Assembly (NCBI RefSeq): GCF_006345805.1
Contig: NC_043007.1
Span: 46,624,001-46,688,000 of the forward strand
Reading direction: 5' to 3'
Length of the DNA: 64,000 bases
Source: Octopus sinensis
Lineage: Eukaryota
The notes beneath the pieces are model-generated. The model worked only from the letters and a program-made list of their open reading frames with translations, had not been told where the DNA came from and did no database searches. Position 1 is the stretch's first letter. Each line of letters starts with the position of its first letter. The position numbers and the translations under genes were made by a program. Shown here piece after piece: positions 1 through 15,080 of this stretch.

Positions 1-1241
1 ATACTTTTAAAAATTATTTTATTTTTAATGAATAGGATTCTCCTCTCGTTTTTAAGTGCTTACTACAAAAACGATTGCCCAAAATCGATCCGGATGGGAA
101 GGAAGGGGGAGAGAAAAAATCATCCATGGTGAAAAGGAAATTGGAAAAATTACCATAAAAACGGAGAAAATCTAACATGTGGGTGTTCTGATTCGAAACT
201 CAACCAGTATTGAAATTAGTCATTTCTCATTTTGCCCCAATTGAGACATCTTTTGAGAATGAAAAATTATCGAATTAGACATTAGTATAGGAATAAATTG
301 AGATGAAATCCAACAGAGAAAAAAATATTAATTGTTAAATATCAAAATTTATCCACAATTTAGCAACCTCAATTCCAATCCGGTCAAAGTTCGGGAAAGA
401 ATTCTTGAAAGAAAAGTACCTACCACCCGATTGTTTTTCAAAACTCTCTCAGTTTCAACAGCTACGCTGACCAATCTTTGCTCCCAAAGATGATGCAACT
501 GAACAACTGATGCAATACTTGCAATGTTATAGTTTCAACTGGTAGGAGAAAAATAATGAGAAAACAGAAATTACATATTTTGTCCACCCTTATAATAATT
601 TCAAATGTTTGACGAATAGCAATAGTACAAAATGATGAAAATATAGATTTAATGGAAAACATTAAAAAATATATGCAGTAATTCGAAAGCTAAACAAAAG
701 ATGTTTTTAGCTGTTGTGAGATGTAATTTTATAAAAATAAATTCAAAATTTACATTTAAGAACATTTCTTTCTTACTTGTTCATAACATAAGTCCAGTTT
801 TCGATGCCTCATAAAAGTGATTAACAAGTACCGATATATATATATATTTATATGTTCATGTCTGTGTGTGTCCCTTTAATTCCAGGGTCATTGCTCAGTG
901 ATGCATTGGAAAACAAATTAAAATTTCTTTCTATTAATCTATTTCTTTTTCTTATTCAGTCATACTTACACAGAAGCATACACACGCCGGCACACGCACA
1001 CGCACACACACGCATACACACACATACACAAAAACTCACACATATCTCAATTATAATCTTGTTTTAATGCTTATTGTGAGGAAGCTAATAACTGCTAGGT
1101 TTAACCGAAAGTTCCCAAGGAAAATAAACAAATATATTATGGACTGAACTAAACCCACATCAAGTAACCCAACTGGGCGAGGTTGCAGATTTCTCAGCTA
1201 GTCGAACATTTTCCTTGCAGTATTGCTTGTGATTCATCGCA

Positions 1242-1361
1242 TCTGAAATCACCGCCAGCTTGGCATTTCTTAATTTTCAGGGTCGGTAGATTTGGAGTCG
1301 ACTGTATCGATTGAATCCTTCTTCTCAACATTGCTGGACTTGTGCCAAATCAGAAATAATT
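1242..1361 (+). mobile_element. Degenerate fragment of SINE family A
   Basis: Residual similarity (cagggtcg..., ggagtcgactgtatcga, ttgctggacttgtgccaaa) to the copies at 4532-4706 and 54647-55231. Confidence 0.5.
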
Positions 1362-3118
1362 TTCGATTTGCAACATTAGTAAATGTTTAGATAAAATAAG
1401 CTTGAACTATTTCTGGATGTTTCATTATTTCTAAGATGAAATTACATTGTGATCAATACTACATTTTATCATTTTGAGATCAATGAGTAATAAGTAAGAT
1501 GGTTTCAACTGAATAACTTGTTCTTTGTTTGACTACCCCACCACAATTAAAACATATGGCATTGTGCCTGTCTTATCAAGTAATATTATTAACAACTTGA
1601 AGATAGTGGAGTGATAAACCTGGTGAAGTGAAGATGTACAGGAATAATACTATTTAATATCACCAGTGCTAGAGTGTACTTTTGCTTTCATCTCTTCTAG
1701 ATAGATAAAATAATGAGAACCAGCATGTAATGGATACAGTTCAATTAAATTCATAACACCATTACATGTTTCTGGTTTCATGCCAATATAACAAATGCAT
1801 AATTTCAACAATGTTGCCACAGTCGTCTTAATGACACCATAGCTAACATCCTTCAATCATATTCTCTTCGGACTCAGTTTGTGCTGACATCACGTGTTTG
1901 TTATAAAGTTGAAATTACTCTGCTCATTTAAGCTTGTTGCCTTGTTAATTAGCTCAGTAGAATTTCCGTTTTTCTTTGATAGTCTGTTTCGCTCAAAACA
2001 TGTTCATGGTTTTGATGTATGCAAACACCGAAAACCGTGTAAATTATTTACACCTTTCAAGCAATATCAACAACTCACGATATTTATTGCTTTTACTGAA
2101 CACATACTTGGGATTCAACTGCATGACAAGCAATTGCAATTATCTCCCTTACATATCATTTGCTGCCAATATTTCCCCTCTTCAAGGTTAAGTTGAACAG
2201 CTCCAGTTACATGAAATATTGTCTCCATAGACTTTCCTCCTCAGCATTTGTCTCTGTCAATGGAATTGTGTTAGGATTAATGCTAATAGACACTTAGATG
2301 CACAGGCATATCACCACGTGAGCATACACGCGCAGGTATAGAAAGGGAAATGGAAAATATTGAGGAAAATATTATCAGTTGTCTTCGCCTGCAGACTGGA
2401 AGGTCTCCGAATGTACTAATCCGAGAGAGAAGACGCTTCTCCTTCCTCGCCAAAAGAAAAAGAAAACAAAGACTTTGAGATCCTTTCGTACGTTTTATTT
2501 TGTTTTTATTTAGATAAACAATAAATATTCTGAATGGTCGTTCTACGAGATATCATAACGGTTAATATATCTACATAAAGAAGCGAGGATAACAACACCA
2601 GAGATGGATGTGATGTACAGTATGCTTTGAATATAAAACAGCTTCTGTCATAGTTGAAAAAATAAACTTAGTGTAAGAAATATATTTATCTTATAAACAG
2701 AGGTAGAAGGTATTTCACCCATGGCGTTTTTAATTGTTTCCAAAACTTGTTGGAGAAAATAGAGAAGAAATAATTCATGGATTGTGTTTAAATTTTATTT
2801 TCTGGTCCGAACGTTTTTAAACGAGTGGTGTCTGCAAAAGCATTCAAGCAAAATTGGTGGCATTAAACCCGATAACATTTATGGACTAATTATATAAGCA
2901 AGTCTCCCATGATGCTTAAATCGCTCTCCTGACAGGACGTTTTATCTATTACAGTACAAAGTACTTCAATGTTTTCCTCACTTCTCTCTCACTGCTTCTC
3001 TGCCTCTCTCCGTACATACACACATATATGCATATACATATATATACACACTCACACACACACACGCGCGTATGATTGTATACGCTCGATAGTTAACTCA
3101 TTTAAGTTTGGCTCTAAT

Positions 3119-3173
<55 letters not shown>

Positions 3174-4531
3174 GTGTGTATATATAAACATCATATAATA
3201 GTGATAAACTCAAGATCCTTTCAGGGCGTGTGTCATGATAAAATGTATCATTCTAATTAACATATCTTAATTTCAAATTGTAACAATCTTAGTCCTGTCA
3301 TTAATGTTTACAAAACAATAAAAGAAATGTGTGCATCGTTGTAATGTGATACTCTGATGTGTTGTAGCGTACCTGAGCACTGTATGCAAAATTTCTTTCA
3401 AGTGCATGATTAAGTGAACATGAAGGTATTTAAGGAACATCAAAGGAAAACACAGAGAGAGAGAGAGAGAGAGAAAATGAGAGAGAGACAGACAGCAGAT
3501 TGACAGACAGACAGATTGACAGACAGACAGACTAACAAATAGACAGCCAGACATCCAGACAAAGCTAGAGAGACAGACAGACATTCACACAAAGAATGCG
3601 CGAGAGTGAGATAGAAAGAGATATGTAGAGAGAGATTGATGGCTAGTAGTCAACGTACATTACGTTTTTCTGCACATTGTTCAACAATATATATTTCTAA
3701 ATAAACGGAAATTTGCTGGTATATATTTAAGTCCTAGACATTATCTGTCGCCTAGATGTTGGTACTTGGCAGCAAATGTCAGTGAGTCAAATTTCTAAAG
3801 GATTTTAATTTTAAAATCATATACAATGTGTTCTTGTATGTAAGAGTTTCTGCGAAAGGTAAGAATTCTAATGTATAACCACGTACTCCTTGTTCGATTC
3901 CATTAGAAATTACTAAAATCAAATGATTTTCTAGAATACTCGCGTTTGTTAATTATTGAGTGAAATTTCATATAACAAAAGAAAAAAAATTCCCCATTTC
4001 GACGTATTAGACGGTGCAGCCTCTGACATATACTGTTTGAAATAAATATACTGCTTGAAAATTAAGGACACAGCCCCCACCCAACCCCCATGCAACCTCC
4101 ACGTACATTTCCATTCTTAGAAGGAGACAGTATAGATACAACGAGAGCTCCTTACGTGATAGATGTACACTTTTGTCAGTCTTGATCTACAGAAGAGTGA
4201 TGGCTACTACGGTGATACAGAAATCAGTATCTTTCATCTAAAGTAAATATCTGTTGAATGACATTCTCAAACATCATTTTTTATAATTACTTCACGAGAT
4301 TCATTGAAATCTTGGTCCAGTTTTATAAAAAAAGCATAAGAACTATATTATAAGAAAATATACTATATATTATATATTATAAGAAATATAACCAAATAAG
4401 ATAAAATTCTCTAGATGTTATTCGAAGAATATCGTTGTGCATTCTCTATAGAAAATAATGTCCATAAGGAAAGCATAGCTCATATCCAAGCTAATAATAC
4501 AGAGTATAAAAGTAAATCTTTATCAAAAGGA

Positions 4532-4706
4532 TTAGTGGCATTTTGTCCGTCTTTACGTTCTGAGATCAAATTCTGCCGAGTTCGACTTTACCTTTCATCC
4601 TTTCGGGGTTGATAAAATAAGTATCCGTTGAACACCGGGATCGATGTAATCGTCTTACTCCGCCTCTGAAATCGATGGCATTTTGAGCAACTTTGAAACC
4701 AATATT
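4532..4706 (+). mobile_element. tRNA-derived SINE family A, 5'-truncated
   Basis: ctttacgttctgagatcaaattctgccgag...cctttcatcctttcggggttgataaa matches the reverse complement of the 54647-55231 element; degenerate B box. Confidence 0.8.
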
Positions 4707-6673
4707 GTAAAACGTAAATAGGTTAACATTATATAGTCTATATAAAATTCTAAGAGGGATAAGATGATATCTATAGTTTCCCAAAGTATCTTAGTGGCAT
4801 CTGGTGAAGAACGCAAATACTCTTGCTAAAAACTTGTGTATCCAATCTTCCACAACGTACACAAAATTCAAGACAGTAACTTGTTTAAGCATGACTACCT
4901 TTGCAGGAGATATTATAAAACTCTTTGACTTGACATATAAATGTAAGCATCGCTGAATTAAAACAAATGAATGTCCAATCTAGAGACTCGTTCCATTTTC
5001 AAAAGCAAAAATATTATGGCCCTTTAGTCAAATATAGTGAAGAAATTACTCAGTGCCGGTGTATACGACAAACAAGATGGAAGATCATCAACTATTAGGA
5101 ATTCCTATGAGAGATCGGTGAGACGTATTCGCTTAAATCATCAAAATATTGGAAACCAATCCCTAGATGCAAACGAAAACGACGTGAAAGTTGTTCATCA
5201 TACAACAGGCCACAAAATTAATGAATTATAAAATACCGTAACTTGGTAGAGCTAAATTGATTGGACGGATAACGCAAAGTCACTTATAAAAGTTTTCATC
5301 TGTAGCATGATAAACAGACACAATTCGAACGTTAGTAGTACATTAAGGCAAAGGACTACTCGAAATATATCGTTGATTAGTTATTTTGTTTGGATAAGAA
5401 TGTGTCTCTAGGAGGCCGGTTTTTCTGTATAAGTGTGGGTTACATAATATAGAGGATTTGTAAGGGACTAAGATCCCTGTATGTTTTTTTCCTGTAAAGA
5501 TTCTTCACAGCTGATCACAAGCTCTCAGCCGTTTGTTCTGAGTATGTGAATGTCATTGAAAACGATGCATCAGCAGTCATAGAAATGCCATCCCCGTTAC
5601 TGAAGAAGAGAAAACAAAGGAAGAAAAATAGAAAATGTTCTGCACCATTCAAAAAAGAATTCGAAATAAATATAACTTAATACTTATTACTGGGAGTCAG
5701 TTTTTATGATCAAGTGACGTATCAAAATGACTATAAATTTCCAAACGATATTACCATATTAAATAATTGTATTATGGCAGTTACAGTGCGGCTTTGTGAG
5801 AGCTACAAAGTTATAAAATAAGAATTCTATACATTGTTAAGCCATTTACACTTCGAAACGCAAACCAATGTAAGATACGTTTAATACTTGCGACTCTATC
5901 AATGCAATTTCAATACTGACTAGAAATTTACATTTTTACTAAATTTAAACCCTGTCTCTCGGTTTCATGCTTTATTTCATTTATATTATACATTTATTCT
6001 ATCCTCGTCTTCAACTTGTTACTCTTCTTTTCCTTCTCCTACTTGTTGTCGTTCTTCTATTTATAGCGTATGTACAAGCCAATAGTTGAGGTATAAAATA
6101 AATGAAATAAAAACACGCGCAAAAATCAGCATCGCCGCAAAGCCACACTAATCACACACACAACACAACTGCTAACATATTAAGCAGAAACACACGCGAC
6201 AAAATTTTTACTGACAAGCATATATACACGCACACATATACATATAGGTAAATGGATAAATATACAAGTATGTCTGCGAGTCTGTCTGTATTTCTTGCAT
6301 GACTACATTATTATTGCACTACTTATATTATCACACATACTTACCCTTTCATAATCTCTGTTTATGCATGGGTGACTACAGTCAAACAGAAAGCAATCTT
6401 GAAAAGTTCATCTATGCTTGGATGAAAAAATATATATTTAAACAACATTAAAACTTTAAAAGGTATAGCAAACCATATATTATGCCATAAAATATTAAAA
6501 TGGCTTAGAAATCTCCCAAGAACAATAAAAAAACGTATTCTTTACAGAAAAGTTATTGTTTGATAACTTGAAAAAGTATATTTTAATATAAAATACATAG
6601 ATATGTATTTTATTTAAATATAAGATACATATCTAAATACACGCGTATGTATAATGCGTATATCTTGTACACA

Positions 6674-6749
<76 letters not shown>

Positions 6750-7594
6750 TACATACACTCAGAGATGGTTCTTTTTCAAGTTTTCTTCTTCATCATCCCC
6801 CTCAATTATCTCGTCTTCATTTTGTCGTTTCTCTTCTTTTCCTTCTCCTAATTGTTGTTGTTCTTCTTTTTACAGCCTATATACAAGTCAATAGTTGATG
6901 CATAAATATGATGGGAAATGCGTTCAATACTACCAAAGATGCTGGTCTATCAATCGAACATAATGCGATGTGATATATTGCTTTACACACACACACACAC
7001 ATATACATACACACACACTTTCACACGCTCACATTCTCATACACACACTCATAAACATTACCAACCGCATACGTTTAACGCATAAGAAACGGGTGTTTTC
7101 CAGTAGACTTCGAATTGGCGTAATGGAGAATAATCAGTCAAAGCGCCGGGTTTTAATACACCTGAAAGTCATGGACAGGTGAGACAATCCACCTCCAATT
7201 CAATCTAGAAATGATGAACATCGATATTTCACCATTTTTATGGCATATATAAATCACGTACCCGAACAGGAATGGGGATGAATCATATCGCCTGTCCACG
7301 ACTTCTATGCATATAGTGTGAAAACTAAGTTTGGGTACGCCAGGACAATACATCCGTAAGAGTAAATTCAAATGCCAAATAGATACGGTGCTAGTGTACT
7401 AAACATTATCAACCACGCAAACACACACACATGTATGTACAGGCTCCTATATTGCAAGTTACTGTTCACTGTACCGTCATATTCTTTTAAAGTTGTGATA
7501 GCGAAGGGCACAAAGGAACGAAACTGGCCAGAAACTCTAGATAGTGAGTACAACTATGCCAGTATTTACATACATATACATACATACATATATA

Positions 7595-7785
7595 TGGTGT
7601 GTAAAATATTTGAGGACAGATTTATATTTATACAAAAAAAAGCAGACATAAAATAAAAAATAATAAACTTTATTTATCAAAAAATGCTATGAGGATAAAA
7701 ATAAACCTTTTTTTCTATAATGTTATTCCGTAAAGCCACCTTCAGCTTCAACATATTCGAGTCAAGTGGTCCTGGCTCATTTTGG
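7595..7785 (-). mobile_element. Tc1/mariner 3'-end remnant
   Basis: Minus strand reads LEYVEAEGGFTE*, resembling a Tc1-type transposase C-terminus, followed by a TIR-like end abutting a TA run at about 7595. Confidence 0.5.
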
Positions 7786-8149
7786 ATATTACTATGACTA
7801 TGGTAGCTTTCAAATAATCTTCGGTGTGCATGAGAGTCGCACCTATGCACCGAACACAGACTTACACTCATATACATACATACATACACATATACACACA
7901 CGCACATACATATACATACAATACATATGCATACATTTACATATACTCACACACGTACACACTCACACAATTAAAAAAGGGAAAAAGAATAAAAATTTAA
8001 AAATATAAATAAAAATTAAAAAAGTAATAGAAGCTAAGACATATGGGAAGCTTGTCCAGGAACATGGTGAAATGTGGATTCTAGCCGTTATCTTGGGGTG
8101 GGTGTGTAGGGGAGCAAAACCATAACAGGTGTTTTGTTATATGTGGAGT

Positions 8150-9480
8150 TGATCCAAAAAGTTCAGTTCTTGAATTTAGATATGTAGCGGGGTCCAATGA
8201 ACTTTTGCAGATGAGCCATCTTTCCATATTACAAAGACCGCACTTTCTACTACCGTTAGTATAAGGTTTGTGATAGCGAAGGGCACAAAGGAACGAAACT
8301 GGCCAGAAACTCTAGATAGTGAGTACAACTATGCCAGTATTTACATACATATACATACATACATATATATGGTGTGTAAAATATTTGAGGACAGATTTAA
8401 ATCCAATAGCTGACACCTTGTTCTTTTAAGAATCATATATAACTGGATAATTTGGAAGTTTTTCGTTTATTCCAGTGTTTGAAACTTAAGGTGTGATTGT
8501 TGAACCCTGCTTTGAAATTTCCCCCTGTGAGACCCACATATCTTTTTGTTGAAACTGTGTTATTAGCATTCGTAGAATTTACGGTGGCTTCATAGATAAT
8601 GGCCTCAGTCATACATGGTTCATTTAGCGGGCACAAGTATTTATCCCTGCTGGAAGAGTCGGCTTCGTGTTCTTGTTTTGCATTGTGGTGTAATTATGTT
8701 TTTAAAATTTGGGGTTGAAATAAACTAATTTTTAGTTTATGCCCATCAAATAGTTTCCTATATTTATTTATCCTGCGATAGTGTAGCAGAAGCTTACACA
8801 GTCACACCGTAGGTGTATCGACCTTTTAAGCACATGTCCTCTGCAAACCATTGTTCGTCCCAGATAAGGAAACAGAAATTGCTGAGAGAAACAAATTTAT
8901 ACAAATTCAGTTAAAAACAAGAATTTTCTTTATTTGTTCTTTTTCAAATTATGGTAATTTTGTTGTGGAAGCTCTTGTCTGTTAACTTCATGGCATTTGT
9001 CAGCAGGTTGACGTATATTTCTCAATAATTCTAGCCAGGAATATTGAGGCATCTAGGAACACATAGGCTTATGTATCTTAATATTTCTCAACAGGGTCAC
9101 TTTTGATTTGAGAGCCATTTGGCTGCCCTTCTTGGCAATAATGCAACCCCTACGCTGGTTGGCTCTTTCTTTATTTATGCTTACAATCCAACGGGTCGAT
9201 TCATATTCTGATAGAACGTTTACTGTAAAACCCCGAGATAAATAGTATGATCGGACCATCATTGGTTTTCTTTGCGAAAGCAAATAACTATTTAATAAGA
9301 CAGCATAAACGATCTTTTGACCATTTCCTAATAGCCCTAATATATTCTATTTTAGGACAGAACTCTATATGCATCGACTGATAATACAGAGTTAGGATCC
9401 ATAACACAATTTTCTTCGTTATCCTTTTGTGAAGAGGGAAGCCAGGACCTGTGATCTCTTTCCAGGTTAATAGAATCTGA
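8150..9480 (-). mobile_element. Penelope-like retroelement remnant (GIY-YIG endonuclease clear, RT heavily decayed)
   Basis: ORF 8433-8636 CPLNEPCMTEAIIYEATV...RYVGLTGGNFKAGFNNHTLSF...KLSSYI, continuing at 8270-8160 as KPYTNGSRKCGLCNMERWLI...YLNSRTEL; typical PLE GIY-YIG domain. The portion above 8760 is only weakly recognisable. Confidence 0.8.
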
Positions 9481-9487
9481 TAGGAGA

Positions 9488-9491
<4 letters not shown>

Positions 9492-9573
<82 letters not shown>

Positions 9574-9575
9574 TA
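9492..9575. repeat. (TA)n microsatellite
   Basis: Direct reading; one of many similar tracts (e.g. 13407-13608, 16427-16570, 38464-38615). Confidence 0.97.
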
Positions 9576-11268
9576 TTTAAAAAGGTGACTTGGCCTGAAT
9601 GCTAGCTACAAAATACTTTTCGGCAAAGTTACTCAAGTTGTCAAGCGGTGATGTTGAAGTTGAACAAATTGAAATACTTAATACCTCATAAAATAACTTG
9701 TGCTCTTGTTTTCACTTCTAGTGGACTCTATCTGACGTGAGAATTTCCATAAATTATTGTTCATTTAAGTGTATATATGTCAAATACACACCTACAATAA
9801 AATATGTTAATAAATTATACATAATGGTATTTGAAGCTAACAAGACGTAAGATATATGTATATATTCCTGAAATTATTTCATGTTGTTTTCCTCTTTGAT
9901 GTAAATATTATTAACGTCCCGGCTAAAATCAAAGAAAACCAGAATTGACAGCGGATATTAAAAATACACTTAGTAATTATGAACTAAGCTCAAAGCTTAG
10001 TTTTCATCTATCTCCAATTACATTTCAATAGCAGGAATTTACAATTTCCTGTTGTAAGTAACACAGTTATTAAGACTGGTAATTATAATACCGATAAAAC
10101 TGTGATTTCGTAATAATGGTGAGAATTATGAATTGGTGACTTTTGGATGTTCTCCAAACTAAATGAAGTTGCTTTGATTGGAATGATGATTCCACTCATG
10201 GTTCTCGAAGACTAATATATATCAGTGAAAGTTCATTGCTAACAATACGATATAAATTGATTTATTAGACACACACATGACCTAAGAATTAAAACGGAAA
10301 CTGAAATGACATTCTTGTACATAATAGCAATGTAAGGCAAATAAAGTGATGTCCACGAGAATACTGAAATGAAATGGAGATTTGACACTCTGGGAGAATA
10401 AAACACAGTGAACCGAGGCATGTGAGTGAGTTTAGATTGGTGATTGGTACCTTGGTTTTGCTAATTGTTTTATGTGCCTATGTAGTCACGAGCTGAGAGA
10501 CGGAACACTATCCTCACGTTTGATACAGTGGAACATCTGGACGTAATAGCAGGAAATGATTAGAGAGAAAGAGATAGCTGTGTTAGCAACAAGCTGTTAC
10601 AAATTACACATGAGTTAGCTGGAAAAAAAGGAAAGTTGCTTGCTTTGCTCAAGGATTCAAAACGTTGCTCCATCCAGATTTGCAACTTACGACCTTACGA
10701 TAATATGCCTCCCCTCCCAAACTTTATTTTACGTGGCTCCACTCCGGGTGAATGACACTATCTCTACAACCATGACCATAAACATCAAGATTATTATATT
10801 AATAGTACCTACTGAAATAGAAAATTGACAAGTAAGCCAGTTCTACTTGCTATAAACTTGATCTAAGCTGTCCATAATGGAGTAGACCAAAGTCATCCAA
10901 CCACGACCATAACATAATTTGTTTAAGGTGGAGCGTAAACTGGGTATGATTATCCAATATTCTAAGATGATACTATGTAATTCTAAATATTTAACCGGAT
11001 ATTTCAGCAGCTCATTCCACCAAATAAAACATCATTTCTATAACAGAGGGTAACACAACCTATGATGTGGCACGAATGTAGCCTTATTTATTCCTGTGAA
11101 ACACCGCTAACAGTATTTTTAACGTTGAACAAACGAATTACTAGAATCTAGACATCAAGGGAACTGTAGTTTTATTTACTTAATGTATCCTAAATAGGAC
11201 CCGCAACTTCCTTGTTTTCTTTTTAGTATGTTTACAGTGTCTTTACACACACAGACACACACACACAC

Positions 11269-11326
<58 letters not shown>

Positions 11327-11532
11327 TATCTTTACACACAAAGAGAGCTAGGGGTTTACCTCTCAGGTGATCTAAACGATTAGGTACGCTGGGTAAGTGC
11401 TGTAACTGATTACTAGACTCCAAGGTTATAGCTGAGACGGTGGTTATAGAGCCATTGCTGATTTCCGATATAGCAGATATATAATTGATATAAAATTAAT
11501 AGAGCAGATAAAGATAATTAAGGCCGGCGTAT

Positions 11533-11591
11533 GGGGTTACCAGGGTTTCATGTCCATAAAGCTCTTGGTTTTACAGCATTTCTCAGACCCT
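11533..11591 (-). ncRNA. Type I hammerhead ribozyme-like motif with variant core
   Basis: Minus strand: GGGU-CUGAGAA-AUGCUGUAAA...UUUAUGGACAU-GAAAC-CCUG-GUA-ACCC. Stems I, II and III all pair; the core deviates from CUGANGA. Confidence 0.6.
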
Positions 11592-13487
11592 AATCGCCGG
11601 TAACCTATAACCTCCCTTCAAAATGGAGGGAGAAAAGATCTAGTTAGGTGAGCGCAAGGGATTGTGTCCCTTTGACCGCTACCCGTAGTCGACTCTGTTG
11701 GCTTTTGAGTCCCATGATTTTAGTAGGAATTTCCTGAATTGTAAGAAATGAGAAAACCCCATGCATTTAACAACTAACAAGATCTTTTCCCGTCCAAGAA
11801 ACGCTGTAAAGCTAAGCGCTTTACGGTCCTGAAAACTTGGATAACCCAATAGACCGGCAATAACTATCAATATATCATATGTCTTTTCTATGTGTACGAA
11901 TGTAATTTAGTTAGGCTGCAATTTATAACACCGACACCGTAGAGATTAAACACATGTATAGGTGTCGAAACCCTCTTTGATGTGCAATAATATGTGTTAG
12001 CCTGGGTCGTGAAAGATTTCTTTATTGTTTGGCTCGATATGATCAGAATGTCTTCAAAATACACCCTTCCGTATGCCATTGTTTCTCTGCAAAATCTACG
12101 GATATAAGCTGATGGACTGCCGGTCTTAATTGCCGCACCGCAGCTTATATATTACACTAATCATGCACTTACACACGCGCACGCATTTTCAACTTCATGA
12201 GGATATCTTGTTCAGCTGATCAGAACTAAAGCGATTTGTAACTGTGAAGTAAAATTACTAATATCAGGAATCAGCGTCCTTGCCCAGCCCAACAAATATA
12301 TTAACTGTAAAATTGTCCATTAATCTATAGTGTTTACAGAAGATACAAGGAGACAGATTTCTTAGTGTGGAAGCTAAATCGATTGAAGTAGATTTTTTCT
12401 CCTCTAATGTTAATCAATATAATATTACATTCTTCTGTAGATCATTGAAATATTATTTGTGGAGGAGAGAGACAAGATGTCTAATTAATTAGAAACAAAA
12501 TATGTGCTTTCCTCCAATTTAAATTGATTTACCTTACTATCTCTTTCTGACTTCTATTTTCTTCTTATATATCTTTCCATCTCTCTCCTTCTCTCTCTCC
12601 CTCTCTCTCTCTCTTCCCCACCCTCATTTATCTTCCGCTCTTTACTTCTATACTTCTATAGTGTTTGCAAATATTTTTTTCCTATATATGCTTTGATGGA
12701 AATCAAATTAAATTCTGAAATTAATATCTGGTGATTGACATATATTTTCTAAGCTGAGCTTTTCAAATATTTATTTTTACATTCTACTTAGCCATATCTA
12801 ACGAGAATGTTACTATTTATATATTATTTATTGCTTGACGAACACCATGAACCATGTTAAGAGTTTGTTTTTTTATAAATTTTAATTTATTTTGATATGT
12901 ATATATATATACATATATTGTTTATGGTTCTACAATGAACTAGTAGAACAAAATGAGGGGTGAAAAACGAAAGGAGGCTGGCAATGAAAGAGAGAGAGAG
13001 AGAGGGAGAGAGAGAGTATAAGGAGAGATACAAAGACAGTGAATGAGTGACAATGAAGACGAGAGAGCGATTAAGCTAAATATGGTAGGTGAAACTTTGC
13101 ATATCTCAATAATATAAAAGATACGGTTTTTGAAGAAAATGAAAGAGCAGAATATCGGGATGTATAATCAAAAGACTATTACTAAAATTTGTGTGACAAA
13201 TAAATGGAAAATATTAATGGCTTCTGTTGGTGTCACCGGGCTCGCAAGTATACCAAGTCAGCAGATGGCCTGGCAGAAGATAGGGGTGTGGCCTGTTTTC
13301 ATGTACAGAAATGCACTCTAGAATGACATAGACGGAAACACCAGCAAGAGGGAGATGTCAGCAACAGTAGTTGTGTATTGATATGTGAATTTTAGACGAG
13401 CATTCGCATATATATATATATATATATAATATATATATATGTGTGTGTGTATGTGTGTGTATGTATACACACACACATATATATATA

Positions 13488-13848
<361 letters not shown>

Positions 13849-14007
13849 TTGACTTCAGCCCTGCCGGGCCACTGCCATGTCGAATGTCAATCGAACGTAT
13901 TAGCCTAGTACATATTTTTTAAAGTCTGGTACTTATTTCAGCCTTCACTTTTGCCGAATCACTAATTTGCGTAGAGTGTAAGCACGCCAATACGAATATG
14001 CAAGTGG
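13849..14007 (-). mobile_element. Degenerate 3' part of SINE family B
   Basis: Similar to 23890-24060 (gtacttatt, ttttgccgaa, caag). Confidence 0.6.
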
Positions 14008-15080
14008 TGCAGCTGGTCTTTTCATGACCTTGTGGGGACAGAAAATTTGGATACAACCCTTAGCTGAACAATGTACAATTGTCTTGCTTTACTCCTGGTA
14101 TGTCGATGACATTAATATTCTAGTTAGGACATCCACCAAACTATCATGTTAATTACAGATTACCCCAATAGGCCTCCTAACAATAGGCTCCCTGTCTTTG
14201 ATACGGAATTTCTGTTAGAGAAAGAGTGCAGCTCCTCCTCTGTTATTACGTGAAACGTGTATCTTCTAAATATGTTGTTCACAAGAACTCAGCTTTGTCA
14301 CACAGCATGAAAATCAACATACCGATGGCAGACTTAGTTAGGATAATGAACGTGTCACCCCCATGCGAAGCCTATGAAACAAAGAAACATGTACAGAAAT
14401 TTATGCACTACATGCAAGTCTCTGGATATGACCAGAAAGATAGGGTTCAGGTCTACAGGGGGAGCTAGAAAGACGGTAGATAGCACTATATGTAATGAAA
14501 CCAGTGATAACTGCCCTAGATTCAGAAGCACAGACTAGAATAGGATACAGAAAGTTTGTGACAAAGCAAAAAGAATGAACCCATGTTACTAGGCTGACAA
14601 ATATCAAGGTGTGATGATGTAGAGGTTACAGCCCATGGGAACTAGCCCGAAGATTTAGGAAAGCTCTAAAACACAACATTAAGATCGTTGAAAAGCCAAG
14701 TAGCGCCAGCAGATCACAGTTATGTAGGACGTACTCATTTGAGAATAACAAGTCTATCAATGAGAACTTCATGGAATGTAGAACTAGATATGTAGTTTAT
14801 ACCATAAGGTGCATAGAGCGTACTTGTAAAGACAAGAACATGGCATACATTGGTGAAGCATTTCGAAGCATTGCGTAGAGGCTAAATGTACATTTAAGAA
14901 AATATGACGACAAAAAACAGTCTTCCATACACTCACAATATATCAAAGCCCAACATGGAGGTACACTGAACCGACTTGATATCCGCATTTTATCCAAGCA
15001 CCCGAAGGACACAACACTCGGACAAATAGAGGGCTACATCCTCATAAATGAAACATCCTCAGTACGAAATTGGAGGTATA
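14008..15080 (+). mobile_element. Penelope-like retroelement remnant, second lineage (RT C-half plus GIY-YIG)
   Basis: WYVDDINIL at about 14097; DYPNRPPNNRLPVFD; ORF 14226-14468 YYVKRVSSKYVVHKNSAL...MQVSGY; VVYTIRCIE...AYIGEAFRSIA*RLNVH at about 14790-14895. Stops and frameshifts throughout. Confidence 0.88.

Noticed and set aside
440-700. PIFAPKDD... resembling a Helitron helicase motif
   Set aside because: A single short match with stops; downstream motifs are absent.
1650-2220. Coding-like minus-strand stretch with a short ORF
   Set aside because: Interrupted by stops and no family is recognisable.
7104-7178. 75-nt open segment between ttttccag and gtgaga (possible symmetric exon, RLRIGVMENNQSKRRVLIHLKVMD)
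   Set aside because: Weak polypyrimidine tract, no recognisable protein and no partner exons; it would need RNA-seq support.
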